A DNA stretch of 58,336 nucleotides, filler included, from Sphacelaria rigidula (Eukaryota): assembly GCA_964200075.2 (NCBI GenBank). It is 10 parts of 10 records of this genome, joined end to end, with 100 filler letters (N's around TTAATTAATTAA, not from the genome) between each part and the next. Parts side by side here need not be neighbours in the genome. Positions count along the whole stretch, not along the records: positions 11,689 to 17,432 come from CAXNAA020024800.1; positions 17,533 to 23,276 come from CAXNAA020024801.1; positions 23,377 to 29,120 come from CAXNAA020024802.1; 7 more parts are not named here. One strand, written 5' to 3'. Shown here in pieces: positions 12,818-23,828 of the stretch. A model generated the notes under the pieces. It was not told where the DNA came from and made no database searches. It saw only the letters and a program-made list of their open reading frames with translations. The position numbers and the translations under genes are program-made. The stretch's first letter is position 1. Each line of letters starts with the position of its first letter.

Positions 12818-15800
12818 CTCTCGAAGCGCCTCACGTACGCCCTCCGGCACGGTGCACAAGACCTGGGCCTTCACCTCCGATCGGACGGATTTGTACGCCT
12901 CGACGAGCTGCTCAACAACTCCAAGTTTCGCGGGGTGACGAAGCGACAAGTGGAAGATGTGGTGAGTCCTGGACGTGGCATGAATTGGCAAACTTTTGTC
13001 AGACTTTCAATAGTACCAGGATTGAGCTGGATCATTCGACAACAGCTGCCTGGAGTACCACAGTAACCAGTGATTTCACATCCAAGAGTTGGGCTATCTG
13101 AAAGTAGTGTGTACTCTCCCAGTCGCAAAAACACGGGTGCTTACCACGTGTAACCGAAGTATCGGCTATTTCTGTGGGAAAGATATCAACTCTACATATT
13201 TTGGCGCCTGCTCTGCATGAGTCAGGTCATGGCAGACGAAAAGGGACGACTGACGATCGCGGCAGATACGGCAAGAGACGGGGCTCTACTAATTCGAGCG
13301 AATCAAGGGCACTCCATGAAAGGCGTTGTGGACGAGGAGCTCCTCATGACTAGAATCGAGGACGCGTCCGAGGTTCCAGTTTGTGTCCACGGAACGTTCT
13401 TGAAAAACTGGGCCAGGTGACGATAGGTTCGCCGTCTCTTCGCCTTCGCCTCGCAGTGAAGCATGTCTAGGAATCAGGCTTAGCTGAAGGCAGCGGATTG
13501 GGTAATTTGTTCTGGTTAGTTGATTGGCTATTGATTGATCATCACACAATAGCTGGAGTGCTAGACATGAAATGCAATACTACTGTACCATACGATAACC
13601 AATCGGTACAGAAGGACCCGAGATCTGTCAACTCAAGGACGACGTAGAAACAGTGACTCGCCTAACGTTGCCCTAAAACACCAACACCCTTCGACGTGGA
13701 ATTATTTCGTAACACGCTAATCAACTGACATGCTATTGCGGAGGAACATTGTTATTAATGGTAGAAGTATTATAAAAGTAGTATACGGGATTGAGGGGGC
13801 GCCAATGGGAAATACTCACGAAATGAGCCTCGATTTCTTTCGTGAATCATTTGTTTTCAAATGTTTTGTCGCTGACCGCTAACCGCGGGGACCTTGCGGT
13901 TGATCCGAGCGACCCATGAACGCTCGAGTTACGTTCGTTCATGTATCCGCTCGTAGTAACAATGTACCCCCGTAATACGGCAGCATGAAGGCCGGCCGGC
14001 AGATGATGGCGTCGCGGTACAGAAGCGCAGGAGCGACGATATGTCGATAAAAGAACGCGGTTCACAGTTTAGCGATGTAACTTCACGCCTACACTTCGAG
14101 TGAACTATGTTGTTCAAGGGTAAAAGTAGAAACAACGTGGCTGGTTCTCAACAGCCAAGGGTGAAACGTAATCCCTGCCACGAGAAGAAGTCGACCAGTA
14201 CCTTGATCACTGGCGATGGATTCATTTTGACTACCGCTTCAGGTATTCCCCCGCCGTGCTCCAGACACCATGTCACATCGGCAGATGGTCGTTGTTTCTC
14301 ACAAGCATCTCGTTCGCCTGTTGCGTTGGTTGCGTGTCGGAGAAGTCTAACATTGTGTCCTCGTGATGTTTGGTTCCAAACCTAACGTTTCCCGAATCGT
14401 TTTCTCATCGCAGTACGCTGGCTTAAATAGAAAAAAAGCGTATACACTGCAGGACGTCGAAAACGCGGGGTGATATTCCCAGCCGCCGAACCCATCGACG
14501 AGTCTCGTGAAACCGCCCGCAAACAAAGCATGGCTGACGTTGTACTCGTTCTCTTCTTCATTGAGCTGCGTGATGATGGGTTGTCTTGCGAATCCTCTGT
14601 ACGCGATACGTATTTGGATGCTTTCCTCCACAAAATAGAGCACATTTTTTCCGAGTAAACACAGTACTACTTGTGTGCAACGAATATACCATTTTGTTCT
14701 GTCGTGCGTGTCTTTCAAATCCGCCTTTTAGATGCAGAACGCCTCTCGCAGAACAATCAAATGAAGTAACAGCTGCTTGGCCACGAACATGGCACTCATA
14801 TCATTGGCAGTACCCGCTCACCGTTAAAGTCGATCTCCATGCCGTTGAGGTGGTGGAGTACCAATGCGGCCTTCTCAGCTTTTTCAACGTTTCGAGATAT
14901 TTCAACTGTTCCTCACGCACGCCCGCCCGCGCCGCGGCGGATGGTCGAGTGCAAGCGACTCGCGTCTCCATTCCGTCGTTCACAAAACAAAATAGTTGAG
15001 AGATGACCGCCAAGGCAAACCTTCAACGGTGTTCAAGGTTCAGTACGGGACGGCGAGGGCTTGGTTATCCAAGTAGCCGAAAAACGATGGTTAATTCTTT
15101 TGTTTCGATAGATCAATCAATCAACTCCCGGGGACCCGGACAAATGAGCCGCAGCCGTTCCGTGCTCAACTCTGAACACCTGTGAAAACGTGTCTCGGCG
15201 GTCGATCTTGCAGCTCTTTTGTTTGTGTGACCATGGAATGGAGGCACGCGCCACGTATAGAACGGTTTCGCTAATGTTTCCAGATACCCGAGAGTAATGC
15301 CACGGTAACACCCTTTAGGAAAGTGGTAGGTTTGAGGGGGGAAAATGTACATGTATACCGAAATGACACAGGCCGAGCAATCCGAGCAACTGGGAACTAC
15401 CATGCGTGAAGTCGTTTCGCCACTGTCGCCCATACGAGGGGCCCCATGGAGTCTAGAACCAGCTATCATGCGCTATATGGACATTTTCTTCGTGACAGGT
15501 TCGAGATGGGTTTGGGGGGGGGGGGCTATCGCGGTATAACTCCCGAGAATCCTCGATACTTTTGAGGCAAAAGCCCCGATACTCGGAAATACTCGGTGTT
15601 TTCGGCCATCGATGCCGGTCTTCCCGGTGGCTCAGTTGGTAACCTCGAAACCTTGTGACGGTTGGGTCGTGGGTTCAAATCTCGAAGTGATCTGGGATTT
15701 TCCCTCACACCGTGCCCAACAGCGGAGAGCAACTATGTCGTGGGTACACAAAATTCGACTTGATGGTCGACGAGGGAAAGGGAGTTGTGCTAAACCTCTC

Positions 15801-16694
15801 TCGCGATAAAAAATCAAGGCAAGCACCGCGGAAGGAAGGTGGGGTACTAAAAACAAACAAACAAACGAACTAAAAACTCCTGTGTTGACCTTTCTCCTGT
15901 TCGACCCCGGCTGGTGCGCCGACATATACCGAAATGTGTAGACCGGCATCCAGAATAGATGGAACGACAACACACACACAAACACACACAAACACACACA
16001 CACACACACACACAACATACCCCGCTTACCCTAGTGTACACGGCACTGCAAGAACTCTGAATACCAAGGGCACCCCGGAATGTGAAGTATGTACCTCGAG
16101 TACCTTCGAAAATACCCGGATGAACCTGTGCACTTCCTCACCTGAATCCTCGTTGCGTGACTGACTCCTCGCACAGCATCCGGGATGGAGGGCTCCGCCG
16201 CATGAACCGCACGCACATCCACTTTGCCACGGGGTTGCCCGGAGACAACGGAGTTATCAGTGGCATGAGGGCAGGCTGTAAGGTGCGCGCGAAGGATGTC
16301 CTCACTTCTGCATCAGCCTGTACCGTACCGTAGTAGTGCATTGGGTTTCAGATCCCGCAATCGTATTTCTGCAAGATGATGGTCGGATGGTGTCATCGTG
16401 CTCGCCGAGTCTTTGTTCGGAAGCGCTCCATCATCGATTGAACCTGACTGCGAAATGCCAATTGAAGAGACGGAGAACGTCCACCAATGGCGCACATTAA
16501 TGACTGCTCCTCGTGATAAACAGTAATACGCGTGGAGAATTGATACGCTCTCGAGACACTGGGACAACGGACAGACTGGCACTCTAGGTTGCACCGCATG
16601 ATTTTTGTGCAGGTTTTGATCTACGTTGATGTGGCAGCGGCGATGGCGGACGGTATCAGGTTCTTCCGTTCCACTAACAACGTCATCCTATCAG
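12818..16694 (+). CDS. TPT1: tRNA 2'-phosphotransferase (Tpt1/KptA family), partial gene
   Basis: GT-AG exons 12818-12961 (LSKRLTYALRHGA..SDGFV), 13226-13416 (IRANQGHS..VHGT), 16177-16282 (GLRRMNRTHIHFA..VISGMR) and 16613-16694 (VLIYVDV..FFRSTNNVILS). Phases are compatible and the Tpt1 signature motifs are present. First and last exons were not located. Confidence 0.96.
15292..15542. mobile_element. Sola2-like MITE (251 bp) in TPT1 intron
   Basis: GAG...CTC termini; perfect 4-bp TSD CCGA at 15288-15291 and 15543-15546. Confidence 0.75.
15615..16015 (+). mobile_element. tRNA-derived SINE with (CA)n tail
   Basis: A box TGGCTCAGTTGG, B box GGTTCAAATC, ~270-bp body shared with three other copies, and a (CA)n tail. 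Confidence 0.9.
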
Positions 16695-17310
16695 GTATGA
16701 GCACGCTTTGCAGGGTCGCACTCCAAAGTTCAGGCACCGCCAAACGTGCAACGCTGATTCAACCCCGGTAGTATAAATACTTCGATTTAATACTCTGAGA
16801 AAAGGAGCAAACCCTAGCCTTAGCTCTGACCCTATCCTTGAGTCTCACCCTAGCTCTAACCTTAACCCTTCCTCCAATGTTGTACGTTGCGATTGCGTCG
16901 TTTATGTTGTGTTGAACCCTGCATGCTGTGCTTATAGAAGAGATTGCTCAGACTTGCGATTATTGCCGTACTAGTTGCTGTTGATCCCTCCGCTCTCTCT
17001 CGCCCTCTTCCGGCACCGACAAACCGACATTCGTTTCAGAGACTCCCATGATCTAGGTATCATGTGTGACTGCATTTTCGGCAGCGTACCCCTGCTGCTG
17101 TACCGCACGAATACTGTACACTTACCACTTCAAACATACAGCCTAGCAGTGTTTTCTTGCGGTGCACACGCCTTCAGGGTGCTTGTGGTGTTCGCTCAAG
17201 CTCTGTACCACGTCGTATTCGATATATTTTTCATCCTCGCAAGTGCTGCGCGAGCGCCTCCGAATTCGCCTCATTCCCCACTCCCTGGTCCGACGAAAAC
17301 TCGACGTTCT

Positions 17311-17432
17311 CCGTCCCGGCTGTGTAGGGGTGCGAGGTCAATGGTCTTATGACTATGGCGTACAAGGTCACCAGTATTCCCCCCCCCCTTATCCCCTGCT
17401 CCGTCTCGAAAGGGATGCGTGGTCAATGGTCA
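17311..17432 (+). mobile_element. Tandem LINE 3' ends (subfamily B, C-run, then subfamily A)
   Basis: Type-B end at 17311-17378, C10 at 17379-17388, then TGCTCCGTCTCGAAAGGGATGCGTGGTCAATGGTCA to the contig end. Confidence 0.8.
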
Positions 17433-17532
17433 NNNNNNNNNNNNNNNNNNNNNNNNNNNNNNNNNNNNNNNNNNNNTTAATTAATTAANNNNNNNNNNNN
17501 NNNNNNNNNNNNNNNNNNNNNNNNNNNNNNNN

Positions 17533-17694
17533 GGCTGCATGAAGCGCCTCATATTGACGACATTGGCTAAAACGAGCCCAAGCGTGGGAATTACCAGCTC
17601 CTCGTTGTGCTCGCCTTTTCCCATTTCGATTTACCGGAAGATTTTGCCTCCCAAAACCGTGCATTTTTGCGGGGGGGCTATCGTAGAAAGTGTC
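17533..17694 (-). mobile_element. Sola2-like MITE family member (partial) inserted in Copia integrase
   Basis: Reverse complement aligns with 11792-11950. Its terminus GACACTTTCTACGAT is mirrored by AACACTTTCTACGAT at 23262-23276. Confidence 0.75.
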
Positions 17695-19064
17695 GAAAGG
17701 TTTGCCTGCTTGCCGAACATGCGATGGTAGGGCGTGTCCCCTTGTAGAGCCTTGTGCAGGAGGCGGTTTATTACGAATACCGCAGTTGCCGCAATCTCCC
17801 CCCACAGGTGCTTAGGCAGATCCGCTTCGTTCAGGAGGCAGCGGGTCATGTCCATGACGGTCCGCCCGTCGCGCTTCGATATGCCGTTTTGTTGCGGCGT
17901 GTGCGGGGAGCTGAACTGCTGTATGATCTCCGTAGTTTCGCACTAGTCGCGGAACGCAGTGCTGACATGTTCCCCGCCGTTGTCCGAAAGTAGACGTTGT
18001 ACCCGTTGACTGAGTGGAATGGCGAGGTCTTGAACGAACCGTACTAGAGAGGAAAGGGCGTCACTTTTCCTTTCGAGGAAGTAGACGGCCTTGAGCCGGG
18101 CGTAATGATCGGTAAACTTGGTCATGTACTGGTAGCCGACGATCGCAGTTGGAGTGACGGGCCCCAGAAGGTTCGTGCTGACGAGTTGAAGTCGTTGCGT
18201 GGCGCCTGTGCTCCTGGTCTTGGGACGATTCCGCTGTGTGCTTTTGTTTATCTTGCACGTCCCGGACGCTAAAAGGGAGTCGGGAAACGCGACCCCGCTC
18301 TCTTTTATTCGCCCGACTTGAAGTAGCACTTGGGCATTGGGATGTCCGAGTCGCTGATGCCACGTGTTGGCCATCGATGTAGCCGTTGAGGTGTCACATG
18401 CTGTTTCCTTTTCCGTGTCCTGGATCAAAGAGGTACTGGATGCTATATTCACTCTTTCAGGCGGCAGATTGGCGCCGGAGACGGTTATAAAACCGTGTTG
18501 GGTGCAGCTGCTGTCCGGTGCGATAGCCAGATCCAAGTAGTACATGGTGGTCCGGGAGCTGTCCTGTCGAAGAGGCAGCTTGAAGTTTCCCATCCTAATG
18601 AAAGATAAATCCTCAAAAACCAATGACATCCCTCTTTGCACTGCTGTTCCTCCCGAGAACAGGTGACGACCCAGCCCTGTGGGGGCGACGTACTCGTCCG
18701 TCAGCCCATTCAGGATGATGTCCAGTATCTCGTCGTCCGTAATCATTCGACCCACCTCCGCCAGTTCATCTCGCAACAAAAATAGCTCGTTGCAGAAGAC
18801 GTCCGGGTCTTGACCTTGCTGCATTCTCATGTTTGACAGCCAATTTGTAATAATTCGACGCCGCTGGCGTGAAGGGTTCTTATATTTTCCCACCAGACCA
18901 TTCCAAGCGGCGATGCCGTTTGGCAAAGTGCCTGGTCTAGGCTTGTACTTTAGGAGAAAGCTTGCCGTCGGTCCTGCCGTACTCAAGAACAGGAAGTGGA
19001 ACAGGATCTTGTTGCCCATGTGCCACTCCCGGGTGTCCTCGACGTTCTGGACGTTGTCATCCAT
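17695..19064 (-). mobile_element. Ty1/Copia gag-integrase region (defective)
   Basis: gag MQQGQDPDVF..ILNGLTDEY; GAG-pre-integrase WHQRLGHPN; integrase LSDNGGEH, TPQQNGISKR and CLLNEADLPKHLWGE; in-frame stop at 17943. Confidence 0.95.
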
Positions 19065-20123
19065 CTCCTACATCACAGAAATAGGAGTCTCGCCGCTTGT
19101 TGAAGTCGGCTCATCTGGTGCAAGCTACTGCTGTTGCTTGGGATGCAGTGCTGAGTCTTCTGCTGCATCCTTGTGTCCATCCTCTTCTTCATCCTCGATG
19201 CTTCAGGTTGCTTGTTTCTTGGGATTGCCAGCTTTGCCCTTGGTCTTCTTGTAAATGGTCGGCGGACATGGTCTGCCGTCCAGGATGTCTACAATGCCCG
19301 AATGTCGCATGCTGATCACGGACGTGTGTGCGGGACCAGACATCGAAGTCCGTTCCGTTGACCTATCCGCCAACAGCCTTGACGAGCTTGTCCACTGCGT
19401 CCGCCGCAGCAGCATTTGTCAATGGCTCCCCCATGCTGCGGCGATCCTGTTGCCATTGTTGTTGCTGTTGCCGTCCGTGTAGATGACGTGTACTCGTACA
19501 GCAGTCACACGATGACGTTGAAACATTCCAAGAGAAACTGACAGTCACTCAACAGAAAATGATGATGCACCCAGGTGTGAGTTACCTACAGGTGTTGGCT
19601 GCGAATGCCAGTTGATAGGCTTGATGGATCCGAAGTCCTTGTCTCTTGGCTATCTATAGCGTTGCTAGAGGAACCTGCCGAAATGATGATGTCGTAGCTG
19701 AAGACGACGTAGCTGAGTGTCGTTGCTGATGACGACGTATCTCTCTTTTCTCGAAAAAGCTTGCACGCAACACAAATGCGGAGGAACAGCTCGGAACTTT
19801 CCGATGCGATGCGGTCGATTGTCGATCTTGTTGATGACCGAAGATGCTCACTAGCGAGATAAGCGTGGAGAGGTAGTCTTGAGCTGACTCCGTTGAACTG
19901 CTGTAGTGATGTCTTGGCGACGGGGGTGATGCCGACGCGCCTGATCTTGATGGACCTCCACAGAACTTGAATTTGATGGAGGGGGAAGGACTTGAAGTTC
20001 CCGTTGGTGCGATGTCCGTCTTCTGCTTGGAAGAGCGGTGCCGATCCTCTTGAGAACGTGCTGATCGCTGACGACGCTGTGACTCCTTGCTCTGCGTATT
20101 GATGAAGCTCGGGGCTCATAATC

Positions 20124-20571
20124 TCGAAGAACATGGCTTCACTCTTGATGGTGTGCCGATGTGGCAACTGTCTTCTGCAGTTTATGTAGAGATGCAGAGA
20201 GTGACGGTTAAGTCACTTGACTTGAGAATAGACAGGTTGAACTTAGCGCCTATGTGGCCGAAGACTTTAACTCATGGGAGAGAAGAGTATGAGAAGATAA
20301 GTAGTAGAGGAGTGATCAGGTGGGCGAGCACCAAGTGTGCGAGCCTACCGATCAGCTAATCAACTTCCAGAACTTCCACATGTCTAGAACACTCGCGGGC
20401 TTACAACCGATAACTCCCGATTAATCCCCCGACAACTTGTTCTGAAAACATAATGTACCGCAGAATATACCGCAGACTATTTCTGGAACACTCAAATGAT
20501 TTCTTACTCGTTTACGATAACCTACGATAGATAGTAGTCGTTACCAATGACTGGCATTGAATATTCCAACA
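20124..20571 (-). repeat. Copia LTR (single copy) with PPT upstream and PBS downstream
   Basis: On the minus strand: PPT GAGGGGGAG (20580-20572), then TGTTGG at 20571. At the other end GATTATGAGCCC (20123-20112) resembles the Copia-type GGTTATGGGCCC tRNA-Met-fragment PBS. The LTR ends GA rather than CA. Confidence 0.75.
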
Positions 20572-21153
20572 CTCCCCCTCAATGAAGAGTCATCTCAAAG
20601 GAAAGTACCAAAGGAGGAATATCTTAATGCAAAAAAAAAACACTTACGCAAAAGATTTTACTCCTACTTGCGATTGACAGAGATCGAACAAAGATCTCTC
20701 ACGCTTCCTTCTGTAGCATGTACGGTAGATGCAGCAAATGAAAAGAACGCAAGAATGCTGTGTACAAGAAGTCACAATTTTAGCCTAGATATTCAAGCTA
20801 CTCAGGGAATCCAGAAAGTATGCACAAATCATCTGAGGTTGCTACTCCGGAGCATATGCTATGAGCTACTGCTTTTACGATCATACTTGAAGATTTGCCC
20901 GCGGGCGTTATACGAATATGCGCAAAAAACACAAGAAAAACGCGTTGCAGTGATATACTGCTGTCTGCTGCTCTGCTTCTAGAAGAAGATGTTTCTCGCT
21001 GCGGACGACGCGTAGAGTCGCTCTTGGCGGAATATTTTCCCTCCCCCTACAGCTCGTTGCGGGAGAACATGTCGATGACGAGATGCACAGAAGATTCCGC
21101 CCGGACTATCCCATGGCGATGGTGAGGAGCCCGATCCTCGAGTTTTGGCGTCG

Positions 21154-23261
21154 TCACTTGAACTGGAGGATTTGCCGCATGAGACTGTCTTGTACCTCGC
21201 GGACGCAGTACTTGGTGCAGAGGTCGGCCAACATGTGGCGGTCTGGAATGAACTTTAGCTTGATGATGCCTTGACGGATCCATTCGCGGAGTGCGGCGAA
21301 GCGGATGGCGATGTGCCGCGACCTCTGGCTGAAGTTCGCCTCCGAAGCAAGGGTCAGGGAGCTCCGGTTGTCCGAATACAGGGTGAAGGTGCGTTGCTGT
21401 GGCCGTCCTAGCTCCCCCAGCATAGAAGAGAAGTAGAGTCCGTGCTTGGCGGTGCTGTTCATTGCGATGAGCTCCGCCTCCGATGTCGATTGCGCGGTTA
21501 TGCGCTGAACTTGACTGCCGAAGTGAATGAGCCCTCCACTCAGAAAAACCATTGATCCGGTGATAGATTTGCTTGATGGTCCAGATGCGTAGGAGGCGTC
21601 GCTGCAGCAGGTAATGCTGAAGTCGCTGGCGCGCCTGTAGGTAATGACGAGACCTCGGTTGCGCTTGAGGTACCGAAGAATCCTTTTGGCGCTAGCTGCG
21701 CTTGCAGTGGTCGGATCTGACATGTGCCGTACTACCTTCATGACGGCATACGCGATGTCGAATCTTGTGCAAGCCACCAGGAAGATGAGGCTTCCCACCA
21801 GGTTCTGGTAGCCCTTTTTCTCACTTGCGGAAAGAAGTGCAGATTCACCAGTTGCGTTGTTGAGCTCGGCTCCTGTCCCTGGAGTGTGCAAGGGATTGCA
21901 CGTATCCATGCCATAACGCTTGAGCACAGATATGGTGTATTTCTCCTAGCTGAGGCTTATTGTGCCGTTCTCCAGGTCTTGATGAATGTCGATGCCGAGT
22001 GGCTGAGTCGCATGACCAAGATCAGTCATCTTGAATGACTGCTGAAGTTTCTGACGCACTTGATGCAGCACGTGGGTAGAAGGGCCCGTGAGAAGAACGT
22101 CGTCGACGAAGAGTGTCAGCATGCAGTAGGTGCCTCCGCTGCCCTTGGTGTAGACACAGGGATCAGATACTGTAGGTGTGAGCCCTTTTGTGCGCAGATC
22201 CTTGTCGATTGGTGGGTTCCAAACGCTCGGAGATTGATGCAACCCGTACAAGCTCTTGCGCAGACGCCAAATCAGCTGCTTGCCAGTGGTGCTGTCGAAC
22301 TTTTCGAATCCTGGCGCCTGAAAAGTGTACACCACTTCGGAGAGGGTACCGTTTAGGAACGCTGTCTGCGCGTCCATGGCGATGACCGGCCAGTTCTGGG
22401 CAGCCGCTATCGCCCATAGAAGTCTTTGGCTTTCGATCCTGCACACCGGTGCAAATGTAGTGAAACAGTCTATGCCGTGCTGTTGCGCCCAGCCCTGAAC
22501 GACAACTCTTGCCTTGAATCGCCCATCCGTTTTGATCCGATAAACCCAGCGCGTGCCGATGATGGAGCAACCGGCGGGTACCGAGTCGAACGGGACGAGA
22601 TCCGCCACCTCGTGGTCGGCCAAGCTGTCCATTTCTTTGTCCATGGCCTTTTTCCATTCCGCTGCCTGCGGTGAGTCCATGGCCTGCTTGTAGGTGTTGG
22701 GCACTTGGATTGCTGCAGGAGGAAGAACTTGATCGATACCCACTGCTCCGATGTACGAGGTCACTGATTCCAGCATCGCTTGAAATGAATCGGCTTGCGC
22801 GAAGTTGAGCTGTCGTAGCGCCCGAGCCTGCGATAGATTATTCATCTCTGTTTGGAAAGGATCAACGGATCCGGATGAATGCAGTCTTCGTGTAGAACCC
22901 AGTGGTTCCTTAAAGCGCTGTTCCTGTCGGTTGTTGATATCATGACCTTCGCCGTTGTTCTTGTTGGAATCCAGGAATGTAATTCCGTCGTGGATTTGCT
23001 CCAGATCCGCCATGTCGACCGATTATTCTTCTTCATCACTATCCAGAAGATTGGTACAGCTCAGGGGTTCCGGAACCGGCTCGATGAAGGTGACATTCCG
23101 GGAGGTTGTAATGCGTCCCGTAGCCCGATCGTAGATACGAAAGGTTGGGCTGTCGTCATTATAGCCAACCAAAACACCTTCCCACGCTCTTGGCTGCAGC
23201 TTGGTGGTATGACCTTCGACGTGGACGAAGGCCCTGGAGCCGATGATCCGAAGAAAGGAAA
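21154..23261 (-). mobile_element. Ty1/Copia integrase C-term, reverse transcriptase and RNase H (defective)
   Basis: FLRIIGSRAFVHV..GVLVGY; RT motifs WKKAMDKEM, KARVVVQG, MDAQTAFLNG, KSLYGL and LFVDD; RNaseH motifs DASYA, STSEAE, SDNRS, RHIAIR and MLADLCTK; stop at 21946. Confidence 0.96.
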
Positions 23262-23828
23262 AACACTTTCTACGATNNNNNNNNNNNNNNNNNNNNNNNN
23301 NNNNNNNNNNNNNNNNNNNNTTAATTAATTAANNNNNNNNNNNNNNNNNNNNNNNNNNNNNNNNNNNNNNNNNNNNGTCGCTGCGTATGTTGTGGTCGCG
23401 GGGAAGGCGGGGGTGGGTGGGGGGGGGGGGGGGGGGGGGGGCATGAACACTGCGTACACCATTGATCACAACCAATCAAGACTGTGCTTGTCCCTAAGGA
23501 GTACGTCGATTCGTGTGCAGGTACGGCTCAGCACAAATTCAGCAGTACGAGCGGATGCACCCCTTCCCCTTCACAAGCAGCAACAGTGAAGTCGCAGGTT
23601 ATATTGCAATCCTGGCAGCGGTGTTTCGGAGGTTACAGTGGTGAGACGAGTTAGTTCTCTCTTACGACCCCTTTCACCACCACGGTGCATCAAACTGAGT
23701 TTGTTGAATTGGCATCAATGCGCATGGCAAAACACATGCCTTCAACCACAGCAACCGAATTTTCGTACAAGGTGAAAGTCTTACAGGAGACACGCCGCGC
23801 ATCTCAAGTCTGTGCGAACCAAACACAC

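Noticed and set aside
12722..12991. Minus-strand 89-aa helical-looking ORF
   Set aside because: It is the antisense shadow of TPT1 exon 12818-12961.
15615..15692. tRNA gene
   Set aside because: No proper acceptor stem or T-run terminator, the anticodon differs among copies, and the head is always fused to the SINE body.
16811..16870. Telomere-like CCCTAA hexamers (also 35271-35292)
   Set aside because: Short, highly degenerate and internal; not a chromosome end.
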